64,000 bases of DNA from an uncultured delta proteobacterium (GCA_963755125.1 CAVWIP010000006.1:1-64000); one strand, 5' to 3'; positions 20,044 through 30,228 are shown, counted from the stretch's first letter. Translations and numbers: made by a program. Notes: a model not told the origin generated them from the sequence alone.

Positions 20044-20658
20044 TCACCTGTCCTCTACGATCACGTAGGTTCCGGACAGGTGATCGTGCAAGGCGCGGCG
20101 CTCGCGGTCGAACAGGCACCACAGCCAGCCGAGCCCGACAGGCAGAAGGCTCAGCAGCAACGCCAAAAAACGCACGCAGCCCAGCAGGGGTCCAGGAGCG
20201 CTGCCGTGCGATGAGATGACGCGCAGGCGGAGCAGGCGCTTGCCGGCAGTCTGACCCAGGATGCCGCCCAAGTAGATTTGATAGAGCGCGCTGAGGCCGG
20301 CCAGCAGCCCGAGTGCGCCCAGGGCCATGGGATTCCGGTCGAGCAACCCGGCCAGAACGACGTCCGGGCCCAGCTCCTTGGAACCGGGCAGCGACACGCC
20401 CAGCGCGAGAGCCGCAACCAGGGTCGCGCCGAGGGCGACGGCGTTGACCAGCAGGGCGTCGATAATGGCCGCAAGCAAGCGCCGCCCGACTCCCGCCGCG
20501 CGCACGCGAAGCACCCGCTGGCCGCGCGCCACAGGATGAGACGCGGCCACCGGCTCCGACGGAAGCGGGTGACTCGTCTCGCTGGATCCGGTCGGCTGCA
20601 GAGGCGCCGACCCGTCGAGAGTCGCCATGGCGTTGCACACAGCTGCGTAGGTAGTCAC
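20044..20658 (-). CDS. RDD family membrane protein
   Basis: RRLLAAIID, GQTAGKRLLRLRV, ALHDHLSGTYV. Confidence 0.9.
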   Translation of the reverse strand: MTTYAAVCNAMATLDGSAPLQPTGSSETSHPLPSEPVAASHPVARGQRVLRVRAAGVGRRLLAAIIDALLVNAVALGATLVAALALGVSLPGSKELGPDVVLAGLLDRNPMALGALGLLAGLSALYQIYLGGILGQTAGKRLLRLRVISSHGSAPGPLLGCVRFLALLLSLLPVGLGWLWCLFDRERRALHDHLSGTYVIVEDR

Positions 20659-20699
20659 GCAGCCATTGTGTGAACAGCCGCTCTGCCTTGCAAGTTTTG

Positions 20700-21425
20700 C
20701 TAGTCGAGTTCGCCGATGGCAGCTTGCGTCAGTGCGACCGCGACCAGAGCGGCCGTCTCCACCCGCAGGATGCGCGGACCAAGACCCACCGAGCTGAAAC
20801 CCTGTGCCCGGGCGCTCTCAACTTCTTCCTCGGAAAAGCCACCTTCGGGGCCGACCAGCAAGGTCACGGGCAAGCACGGAACCTGCGCGAGAACCTTACG
20901 CAAGGGCAGGGTGCGCTCTTCTTCCCAGAGCACCAGGCGCGTGCCACCCGCCGCAGCCGCGTCAGCCAGCGCCACAGCGAGAGCGGTGACCTCCGCCACC
21001 ACAGGCACGTCGGCGCGTCCCGACTGGCGGGCTGCCTCCTGCGCAATGGTCCGCCAACGGCGCGTCTTGCCGGGCGGCGGCTTCACCATGCCGTGAGAAC
21101 TCGTCACCGGGACGATGCGTGTGACCCCCAGTTCAGTCGTCTTTTGCACGATGAAATCCATGCGGTCGCCGCGCGGCACCGACTGCAGCAGCGTGATGGT
21201 CGCCAGCGGCAGCGGCACGAGATGGCGCTGTCCTAGCGCCAACTCGACGCCCGCCGCGCTCGCGCGCACGATGCGTGCTTCGGTCTCCATGCCAGAACCG
21301 TCGAAGACGCAGACATCTGCCCCGGCCTGCAGCCGCAGGACCTTGACCAAGTGCCTCGATGCTGCCCGGTCGAGCGTCACTCGTTCGTGAGTGAGAAGCT
21401 CCGATGGAACGAACACGCGTGGCAT
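20700..21425 (-). CDS. rsmE: 16S rRNA m3U1498 methyltransferase
   Basis: HLVKVLRL, QKTTELGV, EAARQSGR, VGPEGGFS, LGPRILRVETA. Confidence 0.95.
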   Translation of the reverse strand: MPRVFVPSELLTHERVTLDRAASRHLVKVLRLQAGADVCVFDGSGMETEARIVRASAAGVELALGQRHLVPLPLATITLLQSVPRGDRMDFIVQKTTELGVTRIVPVTSSHGMVKPPPGKTRRWRTIAQEAARQSGRADVPVVAEVTALAVALADAAAAGGTRLVLWEEERTLPLRKVLAQVPCLPVTLLVGPEGGFSEEEVESARAQGFSSVGLGPRILRVETAALVAVALTQAAIGELD

Positions 21426-21470
21426 AGGCTGGGGATTTCACCACGAACCGTACCGCCGGCACAGGGAGAA

Positions 21471-22370
21471 CTACGGTCCTGGGATCCGGCGTAGACAGAC
21501 AGCGCCCCAATCGCCCTCGTCGGCGCGTGCATTCAGGGTGAAGCCGGCGTCGCGATAGACCGCGAGCAGCGGCTCCACCTGTTCCAGCAGCAAGCCGGAG
21601 AGAATGACCAGGCCGTTTTGGGCCAGCCGGGCCGGCATCTCGGGCGCAAGCTGGGTCAGGACGTCGGCCTGGATGTTGGCCATGACGAGGTCGAACCGGC
21701 CTGCCAGCTCAGCGAGCATGCTGGCTCGCACCTCGAAACTCCCGACATGGTTGCGCTCCAGGTTCTCTTTCGCGCAAATGGTGGCCTGTGGATCGTTGTC
21801 CGCCGCCAGGCCGGACGCCTGCGGCCACAGGCGTGCAGCCACGATGGACAGGATCCCGGATCCGCACCCCAGGTCGAGCACATGGTTCAGGTCCGGGCGA
21901 GCCTCGCGAATCTCCTCGGCCAGCTCGATCGCCAAGCGGGTCGAAGGATGCGCGCCGGTGCCAAAAGCCATTCCAGGGTCGAGGTCGATGACGAACTCAC
22001 CCGGGGTCGCCTCACCCGCGTCCCAACTCGGCCGGACGGTGAAACGCCGGCCGACGCGTGTGGCCCGGAAGAATTGCTTCCACACGTCCCGCCACTCGTC
22101 CTCGTGCGCTTCGCGCGTGCGAATGGTCACCGGATCGACGGCGGTTCCCGCCGCGCGTGCGGCGGCCATTGCCTCGTCCACAGCGTCGAGCAGCGTGCGG
22201 GCTCGGTCGGGCTGACACAGGGCCACTACACAGGTGCGACCTGCCGCTGCCGACAACAGGGTCTCCGTGTCGCGCAGCTCGACGCCGCCGGTCAGGGGAG
22301 CCACCGCGGCGGCCACGAGATCAGCCGCGTCCGCGTGTGTCTCGATTTGAACCTCAAGCCAGACTTGCAT
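21471..22370 (-). CDS. prmA: Ribosomal protein L11 methyltransferase
   Basis: W...WK.FF, LDPGMAFGTGAHPST, VLDLGCGSGILS, ANI, ILSGL. Confidence 0.95.
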   Translation of the reverse strand: MQVWLEVQIETHADAADLVAAAVAPLTGGVELRDTETLLSAAAGRTCVVALCQPDRARTLLDAVDEAMAAARAAGTAVDPVTIRTREAHEDEWRDVWKQFFRATRVGRRFTVRPSWDAGEATPGEFVIDLDPGMAFGTGAHPSTRLAIELAEEIREARPDLNHVLDLGCGSGILSIVAARLWPQASGLAADNDPQATICAKENLERNHVGSFEVRASMLAELAGRFDLVMANIQADVLTQLAPEMPARLAQNGLVILSGLLLEQVEPLLAVYRDAGFTLNARADEGDWGAVCLRRIPGP

Positions 22371-22447
22371 GGCTACACCACGCCCCTGCTCGGAGACGGG
22401 TCCGCACGCGCGGGCATACCGGCAGGGCCGGCACCGGGCAGAAGCCG

Positions 22448-22663
22448 CTAGCGCACAACCCGCCGCTTGGCCTCGCGCCGCCGCCGCTTGCGCGCCTCGC
22501 GGATCTTGCGCTTGCGCTTGACCGAGGGTTTCTCGTGGTAGCGACGGCGCTTGATCTCCTGGAGGATGCCTTCTTTCGACATCTTCTGTTTCAGGATCTT
22601 CATCGCTTTTTCGATGGAATCCCGAACTTCGACTTCCAAGGGGCGTCCGAGCAGTGTCTCCAA
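22448..22663 (-). CDS. rpsU: 30S ribosomal protein S21
   Basis: IEKAMKILK..KEGIL.E.KRRRYHEKPSVKRKRK; TTG start preceded by GGAGGA. Confidence 0.93.
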   Translation of the reverse strand: METLLGRPLEVEVRDSIEKAMKILKQKMSKEGILQEIKRRRYHEKPSVKRKRKIREARKRRRREAKRRVVR

Positions 22664-22700
22664 GCAGTTTCCTCCAGGGTCCGATTTCAGAGGGGACTGG

Positions 22701-22730
22701 AGATTAAGCACTGTGTGAGGCTGCGGTCAA
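22701..22730 (-). promoter_or_regulatory. Candidate sigma70 promoter for rpsU
   Basis: Minus strand TTGACC-N18-TAATCT. Confidence 0.45.
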
Positions 22731-22895
22731 GGGCGCGTGTCGGGTCAACACGTTGCATCGGCAATATGTATTGAGCATGACGAAAAAAACCTTTACACTG
22801 CGCGAAGCGGGTTGTATCAAAAGCGTAGTGCGGAGGTTGCGAGAGAGCTTCGTGCCACAGACCGGGCGATCTGAAAAGCCAGAAGGAGACAAGCC

Positions 22896-23078
22896 ATGAT
22901 GGGGGCTAAGGTATTCACGGCAACGAAGGCCAAGGACAGAGACGAGCTGGGAGAAGTTCTCACTCGTTGGATCCACGACAATCCCAAGGCGCGGATCATC
23001 GACAAGGTCGTGACACAAAGCTCGGACCGCGAGTTCCACTGCCTGAGCATCACGATCTTCTACGAGATGCAGCAGTAG
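22896..23078 (+). CDS. Small hypothetical protein (60 aa)
   Basis: Strong AAGGAG RBS; KVFTATKAKDRDELGE..VVTQSSDREFHCLSITIFY resembles a small myxobacterial protein (recalled, not searched). Confidence 0.75.
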   Translation: MMGAKVFTATKAKDRDELGEVLTRWIHDNPKARIIDKVVTQSSDREFHCLSITIFYEMQQ

Positions 23079-23181
23079 GGCGCGTCTCTCGCGCCAGGCC
23101 GGCAGGCTGGCCGAATGCGTTCGTTGTGCACGTTGCGATGTGTCTGCAACGGGTGCTCGCGTTCGTGCAATAATCCGCGCG

Positions 23182-24036
23182 ATGCGTATTGGTTTTCTCG
23201 TCAGGCGCGGCAACCCCGAAGGGCTGGCACTGGCCACCTCGCTGGCGGACGGCCTGCGTGTCCGCGGAATCGACGCCGTCTTCGTTGACGACTATGGCGA
23301 AGATCCTCCGCTAGGTTTCCCGACCGGGCCTGGAGCCGAGGTGGCCAGGGACGCGGACATCCTGGTTGCGCTGGGTGGCGACGGAACATTTCTGCACGGC
23401 GCGGACCTGGTCGGGGATCACGATGTCCCCTTGCTTGGCCTGAACCTGGGCAGCCTGGGGTTCCTCACACCCTACGCAACGTCCGAGGCGGGCGTCGCCC
23501 TGGTCGATGCGGTGGAAGGCCGCCTGGGTGTCGAGGAGCGGATGCGTTTGCGCGTGACCCTGCGAACCAGCGACGGACGGGGCGAGAGCCACAGCGCGCT
23601 CAACGAGGCGGTCATCACCCAGCGGAACATCGCCCGTCTGATGGACTTGGCCGCGTCCCTCGACGGAAACACCATCGCGACCTACAAGGCCGACGGCCTC
23701 ATTCTCTCTACGCCCACCGGTTCCACGGCCTACAACCTTTCGGCCGGTGGCCCCATCCTGACGCCCGATCTCGAGGCCATCGTCCTGACGCCGATCTGTC
23801 CTCACACGCTGACCAACCGTCCCCTGGTGGTACGTGCGGACAGGGTGCTATCGGTCACCAATGTTTCGCCTGACCACGCCATCTTGACGGTGGACGGACT
23901 GTGGAGCCGAGAGGTGGAACCGGATGACACGATCGAGGTGCGCAAGGCGACGCGGCCTTTGCGCGTGTTCCGTCCGCGCAGCTCGTTCTTCGGCATTTTG
24001 CGCCAGAAGCTCTCTTGGGGAGAACGCAAGGCATGA
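23182..24036 (+). CDS. nadK: NAD(+) kinase
   Basis: GGDGT, GSLGFL, LNE, DGLILSTPTGSTAYNLSAGGPI, PICPH. Confidence 0.95.
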   Translation: MRIGFLVRRGNPEGLALATSLADGLRVRGIDAVFVDDYGEDPPLGFPTGPGAEVARDADILVALGGDGTFLHGADLVGDHDVPLLGLNLGSLGFLTPYATSEAGVALVDAVEGRLGVEERMRLRVTLRTSDGRGESHSALNEAVITQRNIARLMDLAASLDGNTIATYKADGLILSTPTGSTAYNLSAGGPILTPDLEAIVLTPICPHTLTNRPLVVRADRVLSVTNVSPDHAILTVDGLWSREVEPDDTIEVRKATRPLRVFRPRSSFFGILRQKLSWGERKA

Positions 24037-24076
24037 AGCACGCAACTGCCGAAGCCAGGTTGCCGAAACTCTGGTC

Positions 24077-25753
24077 ATGCTGAACCTTTTGCGCGTATCC
24101 GGCTTCGCCCTCATCGACGAGGTCGAGGTTCCCTTGGGACCCGGCCTGACCGTCATCACCGGTGAAACCGGGGCTGGAAAGAGCATCCTGGTCGAGGCGT
24201 TGGGCCTGCTGCGTGGGGGCCGCGCCAGTGCCGAGATGGTCCGTGCCGGGTGCGAGGAGGCGCGGGTGGAGGCTGTGTTCGAGCTGCCGGCCGGATGGGA
24301 AGTGCGCGAGCGCTTGCTGACCGAGGGCCGCGCCGTGGAGGACGGGCTGGTGGTCAGGCGCGCGGTCGCAAGATCCGGCCGGGGCCGCATCCACCTGGGC
24401 GGCAGCCTGGCCAGTGCCGCCGATCTGGCCGCCAGCGTGGGCAAGCTGGTCGACATCACCTCGCAGCACGACCAGCATCTGCTCACGGATGCCGACAGTC
24501 AGCTCGCGATCGTGGACGCGTTTGCCGGCAACGGCGCGGCGCTCACCGAGGTGCGCGAGGCGTACCAGACGCTGCACCAAGCGCGCACCGAGCTGGCGAG
24601 TTTCGACGCCGATGCACGCGCGCGCGCCGAGCGTGAGGACCTTCTGCGCTTCCAACTTTCCGAACTCGAGCAAGCCGGAATGCAGCCCGGCGAGGACGAG
24701 GCTTTGCGGGCCGAGCGCGAGCGAACCCGAGGTGCGGAGAGGTTCATGGCTGCATGCACGCGCGGCGAGGAGGTTCTGTACTCGTCCGACGATGCTGTGT
24801 CGGGCCGGATCGCGGGTGTGGCGCGCGAGATCGCGGCCCTGGCCCAGCTCGATCCCACGCTTCTGCCCGTGGTGGAGACCCTTCGTTCGGCCCAGGCTCA
24901 GGTGGAGGATTCGGCCAGCGAGCTCGGCCGCTATGCCGGCGGCATCCGCTTCGACCCACAACGGTTGACCGAGATCGAGGAGCGCCTTTTCCTCATCGGC
25001 CGCCTGGTTCGCAAGCATGGCGGCTCGGTCGCGGCGGCTATCGAGCGGCAGGAGGCGATCGGCCGCGAGCTGGCTGCGCTGGGTTCTTTCGAGGAGGGGC
25101 TGGCGGCGCGCAAGGCGGTGGTGGAGGTTGCGACGCAACATATGACGGCCCTGTGCGAGCAGATCTCGGAGCAGCGGCGCAAGGCCGCACGCGTGCTGGG
25201 CCGGCGCATGGACGAGACGCTGCACGACCTGGGCTTGGCCGGGGCGCGCGTGCCCATCGCAGTCGAGGATCGCGACGAGCCCGGCCCGCGCGGCAAGGAC
25301 CGGGTGCGTTTTCTTTTCGCGCCCAACCGGGGCGAGGAGGCGAGGCCGCTCGACCGCATCGCCTCGGGCGGCGAGCTGTCGCGCGTGATGTTGGCGGTCA
25401 AGCAAGCCCTGGCCAAGCAGGACGAGGCCTTGACCTACGTCTTCGACGAGGTCGATGCCGGGGTGGGCGGCGGCACGGCCGAGGCGATCGGCCGCAAGCT
25501 CAAGTCAACCGCGGCCCATCGCCAGGTTCTGGTCGTGACCCACTTGCCGCAGATTGCCGCCTTTGCCGACCACCACATCAGAGTGACCAAGGAGGCCAGC
25601 AAGGGGCGCACCACCATCCGCGCGGCAGTCCTTACCGGCGCCGAGCGGAGCGTCGAGATCGCTCGCATGTTGGGCGGAGCCAGCCCTTCACCCGAGGCTG
25701 CGGCCCACGCGGACGAGATGCTGAGACGCGCGCGAGCCACCAGCTCGGCGTGA
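24077..25753 (+). CDS. recN: DNA repair protein RecN
   Basis: TGETGAGKS, SQHDQ, long coiled coil, ASGGELSR, FDEVDAGVGG, VTHLPQIA; follows nadK. Confidence 0.96.
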   Translation: MLNLLRVSGFALIDEVEVPLGPGLTVITGETGAGKSILVEALGLLRGGRASAEMVRAGCEEARVEAVFELPAGWEVRERLLTEGRAVEDGLVVRRAVARSGRGRIHLGGSLASAADLAASVGKLVDITSQHDQHLLTDADSQLAIVDAFAGNGAALTEVREAYQTLHQARTELASFDADARARAEREDLLRFQLSELEQAGMQPGEDEALRAERERTRGAERFMAACTRGEEVLYSSDDAVSGRIAGVAREIAALAQLDPTLLPVVETLRSAQAQVEDSASELGRYAGGIRFDPQRLTEIEERLFLIGRLVRKHGGSVAAAIERQEAIGRELAALGSFEEGLAARKAVVEVATQHMTALCEQISEQRRKAARVLGRRMDETLHDLGLAGARVPIAVEDRDEPGPRGKDRVRFLFAPNRGEEARPLDRIASGGELSRVMLAVKQALAKQDEALTYVFDEVDAGVGGGTAEAIGRKLKSTAAHRQVLVVTHLPQIAAFADHHIRVTKEASKGRTTIRAAVLTGAERSVEIARMLGGASPSPEAAAHADEMLRRARATSSA

Positions 25754-25813
25754 GCGTTTCTGCGGCGGAGCACGTTGGGAGCGGGCGAAACGGATCGCGT
25801 GGGGAGCCGGTGA

Positions 25814-25870
25814 GCTAAGCTCGACGCGGACCATCGCGGGAGGGGTTGGGAACCCTTTGAGGGTTCCCAT
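25814..25870 (+). repeat. REP-like interspersed repeat, copy A
   Basis: 57 bp ending in hairpin TGGGAACCCT-TTG-AGGGTTCCCA; 48/57 identical to reverse complement of 44404-44460. Confidence 0.75.
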
Positions 25871-25912
25871 TACGAAGTTGACGTTTTGCCGACGGTGTGG
25901 TGGTTTCATGGG

Positions 25913-27352
25913 GTGGTCCGTTCGTTGGTTCCCAAACGAAGAAAGCGGCGATCGTCGCATGTCCGCGGCTCGCTTGGCCTGGGAACGCTGCTGGTCGCCC
26001 TCACCGGCCTGAACGTGTACTTCTTCTTCTTCCGTGCCGACACGGCGGTGCGCAAGCTGATGCAGCCAGTGTCCACCGAACAGACGCTGGGAGACAGCCG
26101 GAAAGAGATGTCAAGGGAGTCGATTCCGCGATCGCTTCTCGGCGCTTCGTGGAAAGACAAGGACAAGGACCGTATGGGTACCGGGGCACAGCCCACGCCT
26201 GCCGGATCGGATCGACCGGGCTCTCCGGCGTCGCATGGCCTCAACGGAGACACCGACGGGCACGTGATGGAAGGGGAGTTCGGGTCCTCGGACACCCTCA
26301 GCACCGTCCTCGCGAGGGAGAGCTTCAGTTCAGCGGCTGGGGCCGTGACACGGGCCCTTTCCAAACTGGTCGACCCCAAGTTGATTCGCCCCGGCGAGCA
26401 CTACGCCGTGATTCGCGATGACGAGGGGACCGCCACGTCGTTCGAATACGCTCCCACTCCCGTGCTCCGCTACGTCGTCGCGCAGAAGCCCGACGGCACC
26501 TGGCAGGCGCGCAAGGAGGAAAAGCCGCTGGTGGTGAAGACCGCCGATGTCTCCGGGACGATCGATTCGTCTCTCTACGAATCGGTTTCCAAGGCGGGCG
26601 AGTCTGGCGCGCTGGTGAGCTTGCTGGTCAACCTGTTTGCCTGGGACATCAACTTCTACATCGACACGCACCCAGGTGATCATTGGAAGGTCGTGGTGGA
26701 AAAGCAGTACCTGGGCGGGCAATTCTACAAGTACGGCAGCCTGCTTGCCGCAGAGTACGGCGGTAAGGCGGGCACCTTCCGCGGCTTTTACTGGAATCCT
26801 TCAGGGCAGCGCGGCCGGGGGCACTATTACGATGAAAAGGGCCAGGCCCTGGCCAAGAGCATGCTCAAAACCCCTCTGCGTTTCGTGCGCATCAGTTCGA
26901 AGTTCGACCGCCACCGCTTTCACCCCATTCTGCACCGGATGAAGGCCCACCTGGGCATCGACTACGCCGCGCCCGTGGGAACTCCGGTATGGGCGACCGC
27001 TGGCGGCAAGGTGGTCGAAGTTGGAATGAAGTCGGGTTCAGGCAACACAGTGGTGATCAACCACGGCAGCGGGCTGCAGACGCGCTACTACCATCTGTCC
27101 CGCTTCGCCAAGGGCCTGAAGCCTGGCATGCAGGTTCAGCAAAAAGAGGTCATCGGCTACGTGGGAACCACCGGGCTGTCCACCGGCCCGCACCTGCACT
27201 TCAGCGTCGTCAAGGCTGGCGTGTTCATCGATCCCAGCACGCTCACCATATCGCGCGAGCCGTCGGTGGCCAACCGCGCGGCCTACCTGGAGGCCATCCG
27301 TCCCCGCCTGGCGGCCCTGCGAGCCTTGCCGCCTACGGTTGCCAAGAACTGA
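25913..27352 (+). CDS. M23 family peptidoglycan DD-endopeptidase (MepM-like)
   Basis: N-terminal TM; RFHPIL..HLGIDYAAP, YYHLS, STGPHLHF; start uncertain. Confidence 0.9.
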   Translation: MVRSLVPKRRKRRSSHVRGSLGLGTLLVALTGLNVYFFFFRADTAVRKLMQPVSTEQTLGDSRKEMSRESIPRSLLGASWKDKDKDRMGTGAQPTPAGSDRPGSPASHGLNGDTDGHVMEGEFGSSDTLSTVLARESFSSAAGAVTRALSKLVDPKLIRPGEHYAVIRDDEGTATSFEYAPTPVLRYVVAQKPDGTWQARKEEKPLVVKTADVSGTIDSSLYESVSKAGESGALVSLLVNLFAWDINFYIDTHPGDHWKVVVEKQYLGGQFYKYGSLLAAEYGGKAGTFRGFYWNPSGQRGRGHYYDEKGQALAKSMLKTPLRFVRISSKFDRHRFHPILHRMKAHLGIDYAAPVGTPVWATAGGKVVEVGMKSGSGNTVVINHGSGLQTRYYHLSRFAKGLKPGMQVQQKEVIGYVGTTGLSTGPHLHFSVVKAGVFIDPSTLTISREPSVANRAAYLEAIRPRLAALRALPPTVAKN

Positions 27353-27365
27353 GTATACTGGGGCA

Positions 27366-27803
27366 ATGGTTCGTGTTCTGCTTGGCCTAGTCAAGGGCGG
27401 CATTGTTGGGGCCGTGGTTGGGTTTGCAGCTTCTCGCGTCGGCTTGGGCGCGGGCGCCACAGCCTGGCTCGTGTACGGCGCCGTGGGTTTTCTGGTGGGG
27501 ATCGCGTGCGGTAAGCCCCCATGGCGGCAGGAAACCGTGTGGACGTCCATCGTCAAGGGCGTCGTCGGGCTGGCCGTGTGCATGGGCCTGTACTGGGTCG
27601 CTCACAAGTTGCTCGGGGAAATGCAGGCGCCGGCGCTGCTCCTGGCACCACTGGGCGTCGCGGACGGGAAGGCCTTGGCGTCAGTGCCTGCCCTGCTGGG
27701 CCCGCTCGTGGGAATCGTGTACGGCGTGTTTGTCGAGGTGGACGACGGCGGCAAGTCGGTACCGTCGGGCAAGGCCCAGGCCAGACTCGAAAAGCAGGAC
27801 TGA
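27366..27803 (+). CDS. Hypothetical membrane protein
   Basis: About four Gly-rich hydrophobic segments; TATACT -10 six nt before ATG. Confidence 0.7.
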   Translation: MVRVLLGLVKGGIVGAVVGFAASRVGLGAGATAWLVYGAVGFLVGIACGKPPWRQETVWTSIVKGVVGLAVCMGLYWVAHKLLGEMQAPALLLAPLGVADGKALASVPALLGPLVGIVYGVFVEVDDGGKSVPSGKAQARLEKQD

Positions 27804-27818
27804 GCCTGGAATAGACAC

Positions 27819-28712
27819 TCAGGCGTGGCGAGGGCCGGCCAGCGGATCCTTGATTTGCTCTGACTCCTCGTCTTCACCGTCGAAAGCGCCCAATTCGCGT
27901 AGCACTTCCTCGTCCTGCGCCGGCCGTGGTTCGGGTGTCGGTGTCTGGATCTCGCTGCGTTCCTGGGCGCGCCGCCGGCGAAAGAAGATCACCTCTTCGG
28001 CCAGGCCCAGCACGACGTAGGAGAGCACAAGAAAGAGGAAGATGAACGCCTTCTCCAGGCCGGCCATGACGATGGCTGCGCAGGCACCGACCACCAGCAG
28101 GAGAACCGCAACCGTTTTGAGGTTGAGGTGCAATTCCTTAAATGAACGGAAACGTACCCGCGATACCATGAGGGCCGAGAGCACGAGCACGATGAGCGCG
28201 GTCGACCCCTCGCTCACCAGTTGGTACGAGCCGGCGTTGCGGCTGACGATCACCATGAAGACCAACACGCTGGCTGCGGCCGGAATGGGGAGGCCGAGCA
28301 TGAACTTGCCGGGTTTCACCTTGCCGGCGGCCTGGTCGCGCCGGGACAGGACGTTGAAGCGGGCGAGCCGCATGGCCCCGGCGCACACGTAAAGCCCGGC
28401 CATGAAGATGCCCAGCAGGCCGAAGTGGTTGAGGCCCCACTTGTACATCAGGAGAGCTGGTGCAGCCCCGAAGGTGATGACATCGGCCAGCGAGTCCAGG
28501 TCGCGGCCCAGGTCAGTCTGGGTCTTGGTCAGGCGCGCCACCCGGCCGTCGAAGGTGTCGAAGAGCAGCCCGAAACAGATGGCCAGGGCTGCCAGATACA
28601 GGTTGGCCTCACCGTCCCCCGAGGAGGACAGGGCCAACGACGCGAACCCACTCAGAATGCAGGACAGCGTGAAAAGGTTCGGGAGGACGTAGTAGGTCTT
28701 CCGAAAATCCAC
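27819..28712 (-). CDS. pssA: CDP-diacylglycerol--serine O-phosphatidyltransferase
   Basis: LPNLFT, DTFDGRVAR..G..LDSLADVITFGAAPA, RLARFN, GLPIPAAA. Confidence 0.93.
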   Translation of the reverse strand: MDFRKTYYVLPNLFTLSCILSGFASLALSSSGDGEANLYLAALAICFGLLFDTFDGRVARLTKTQTDLGRDLDSLADVITFGAAPALLMYKWGLNHFGLLGIFMAGLYVCAGAMRLARFNVLSRRDQAAGKVKPGKFMLGLPIPAAASVLVFMVIVSRNAGSYQLVSEGSTALIVLVLSALMVSRVRFRSFKELHLNLKTVAVLLLVVGACAAIVMAGLEKAFIFLFLVLSYVVLGLAEEVIFFRRRRAQERSEIQTPTPEPRPAQDEEVLRELGAFDGEDEESEQIKDPLAGPRHA

Positions 28713-28734
28713 CAAGCAAGGATACCATGCGGTC
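28713..28734. promoter_or_regulatory. Bidirectional promoter with overlapping -10 boxes
   Basis: Plus TACCAT 28723-28728, 6 nt before GTG 28735; minus TG-G-TATCCT 28724-28719, 6 nt before GTG 28712. Confidence 0.6.
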
Positions 28735-29463
28735 GTGCGTTTCTTGCGATCCTTGCTCACGATTCCCCACGTGGCCATCGTGACCGCGTTTGGCAGCCTG
28801 ATGGGGCTGTTCATGCGCCTGCGCGACCCCAGCGGTGATTGGGTGCTCGATCTGGCGCGCTGGTGGTCAGGGTGGGTGACCCGCTTCGCCGGTGTGCGCG
28901 TCACCGTGGACAACCGGGCCAACCTGGAACCGCAGCAGCCCTACGTGTTCATGGCCAACCATGCCTCGACGGTCGACATCTGGGCCCTCTTCCTGGCGAT
29001 TCCGCGCCGGGTGCGCATGATCGCCAAGAAGCAGCTCGCGCGCATTCCGCTGTTTGGCTGGGTGATGTGGGCGGGCCGCTTCATCTTCATCGACCGGCAG
29101 AATGCGGTGGCGGCGCGGCGGAGCATCGACGATGCCGGCCGGCGCATCCGGGGTGGCGACTCGGTTCTCATCTTTCCCGAAGGCACGCGCACGCGCGACG
29201 GCCAGTTGGGCCCCTTCAAGAAGGGCGGATTCCATTTGGCCATGGAGGCGGGCGTGCCCATCGTGCCCATCGGGCTGCGCGGGACGCGCGCGCTCATGCC
29301 GCGCGGAAGTCTGCGGGTGAAGAGCGGCGAAGTGTTCGTCACCATTGGCACGCCCATCCCCACCAGCGGGCTCACCGTCGAAGACCGGCCGGCGCTCATC
29401 CAGCGCGTGCGCGACGCCATCGCAGCCATGGCCGCGGAACCGGGCGGGCAGTCGACTCAGTAA
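28735..29463 (+). CDS. plsC: 1-acyl-sn-glycerol-3-phosphate acyltransferase
   Basis: NHASTVD (HX4D), FIDR, FPEGTR, PFKKG. Confidence 0.9.
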   Translation: MRFLRSLLTIPHVAIVTAFGSLMGLFMRLRDPSGDWVLDLARWWSGWVTRFAGVRVTVDNRANLEPQQPYVFMANHASTVDIWALFLAIPRRVRMIAKKQLARIPLFGWVMWAGRFIFIDRQNAVAARRSIDDAGRRIRGGDSVLIFPEGTRTRDGQLGPFKKGGFHLAMEAGVPIVPIGLRGTRALMPRGSLRVKSGEVFVTIGTPIPTSGLTVEDRPALIQRVRDAIAAMAAEPGGQSTQ

Positions 29464-30212
29464 ATGACCTTGGCCAGGGTCAATCCGCAGGCGGGCGCGG
29501 TCATGCCGGCCCGCGTGCGATCGCCTTGCGCCAGCAACTCGCAAATTGTTGCCTCCGTCATCTTGCCGTGGCCCACGGCGACCAGGGTGCCGACCAGGAT
29601 GCGCACCATGTTCTTGAGAAAAGCTGTCCCTTCCACCTCGCACGTAATCAAGCCGCCGTCACGGCGCACGTCGAACCGCCGCAGCACTCGCACGGTGGTC
29701 CTGCGCTCGCAGTCGGCGGCGCGGAAGGCGCGGAAGTCGTGCTCGCCGCACAGGAGCGAGGCAGCCGCGCGCATGGCGTGCACGTCGAGAGGCGCGAACA
29801 CGTGCCAGCTGTCGCGGGCGTGGCGGGGCGAGCGGATCGGGTGATTCCAGATGAGGTAGCGGTATATCTTGCCACGGGCGGCCCAGCGGGCGTTGAAACC
29901 CGCGGGCATGTCGGTCACGTCGAGCACGGCGATGTCGCGGGGAAGGTTGGAATTCAGGCCGCGCACGAATCCCAGTGCGGGGATGCGCGAGGCGACCTCC
30001 ACGCTGGCGACCTGGCCGTCGGCATGCACGCCCGCATCGGTTCGGCCAGCCCCGCGCACGCCCACCGGCCCGCCCGTCATGGCGGCAAAGGCATCTTCCA
30101 GACACTGCTGGACCGTGCGCTGGCCCGTCTGTCGCTGCCAGCCCGCAAAATCCGTCCCGTCGTACTCGATGATCAGGCGAAGGGTCCGCAGGGGCAGGGC
30201 GTCGGTGGTCAC
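29457..30212 (-). CDS. truA: tRNA pseudouridine(38-40) synthase
   Basis: YDGTDFAGWQ, AGRTDAGVHA, GEHDF.AF, FLKNMVR, TAPACGL. Confidence 0.95.
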   Translation of the reverse strand: MTTDALPLRTLRLIIEYDGTDFAGWQRQTGQRTVQQCLEDAFAAMTGGPVGVRGAGRTDAGVHADGQVASVEVASRIPALGFVRGLNSNLPRDIAVLDVTDMPAGFNARWAARGKIYRYLIWNHPIRSPRHARDSWHVFAPLDVHAMRAAASLLCGEHDFRAFRAADCERRTTVRVLRRFDVRRDGGLITCEVEGTAFLKNMVRILVGTLVAVGHGKMTEATICELLAQGDRTRAGMTAPACGLTLAKVIY

Positions 30213-30228
30213 AGCCTGGTCATAGTAG

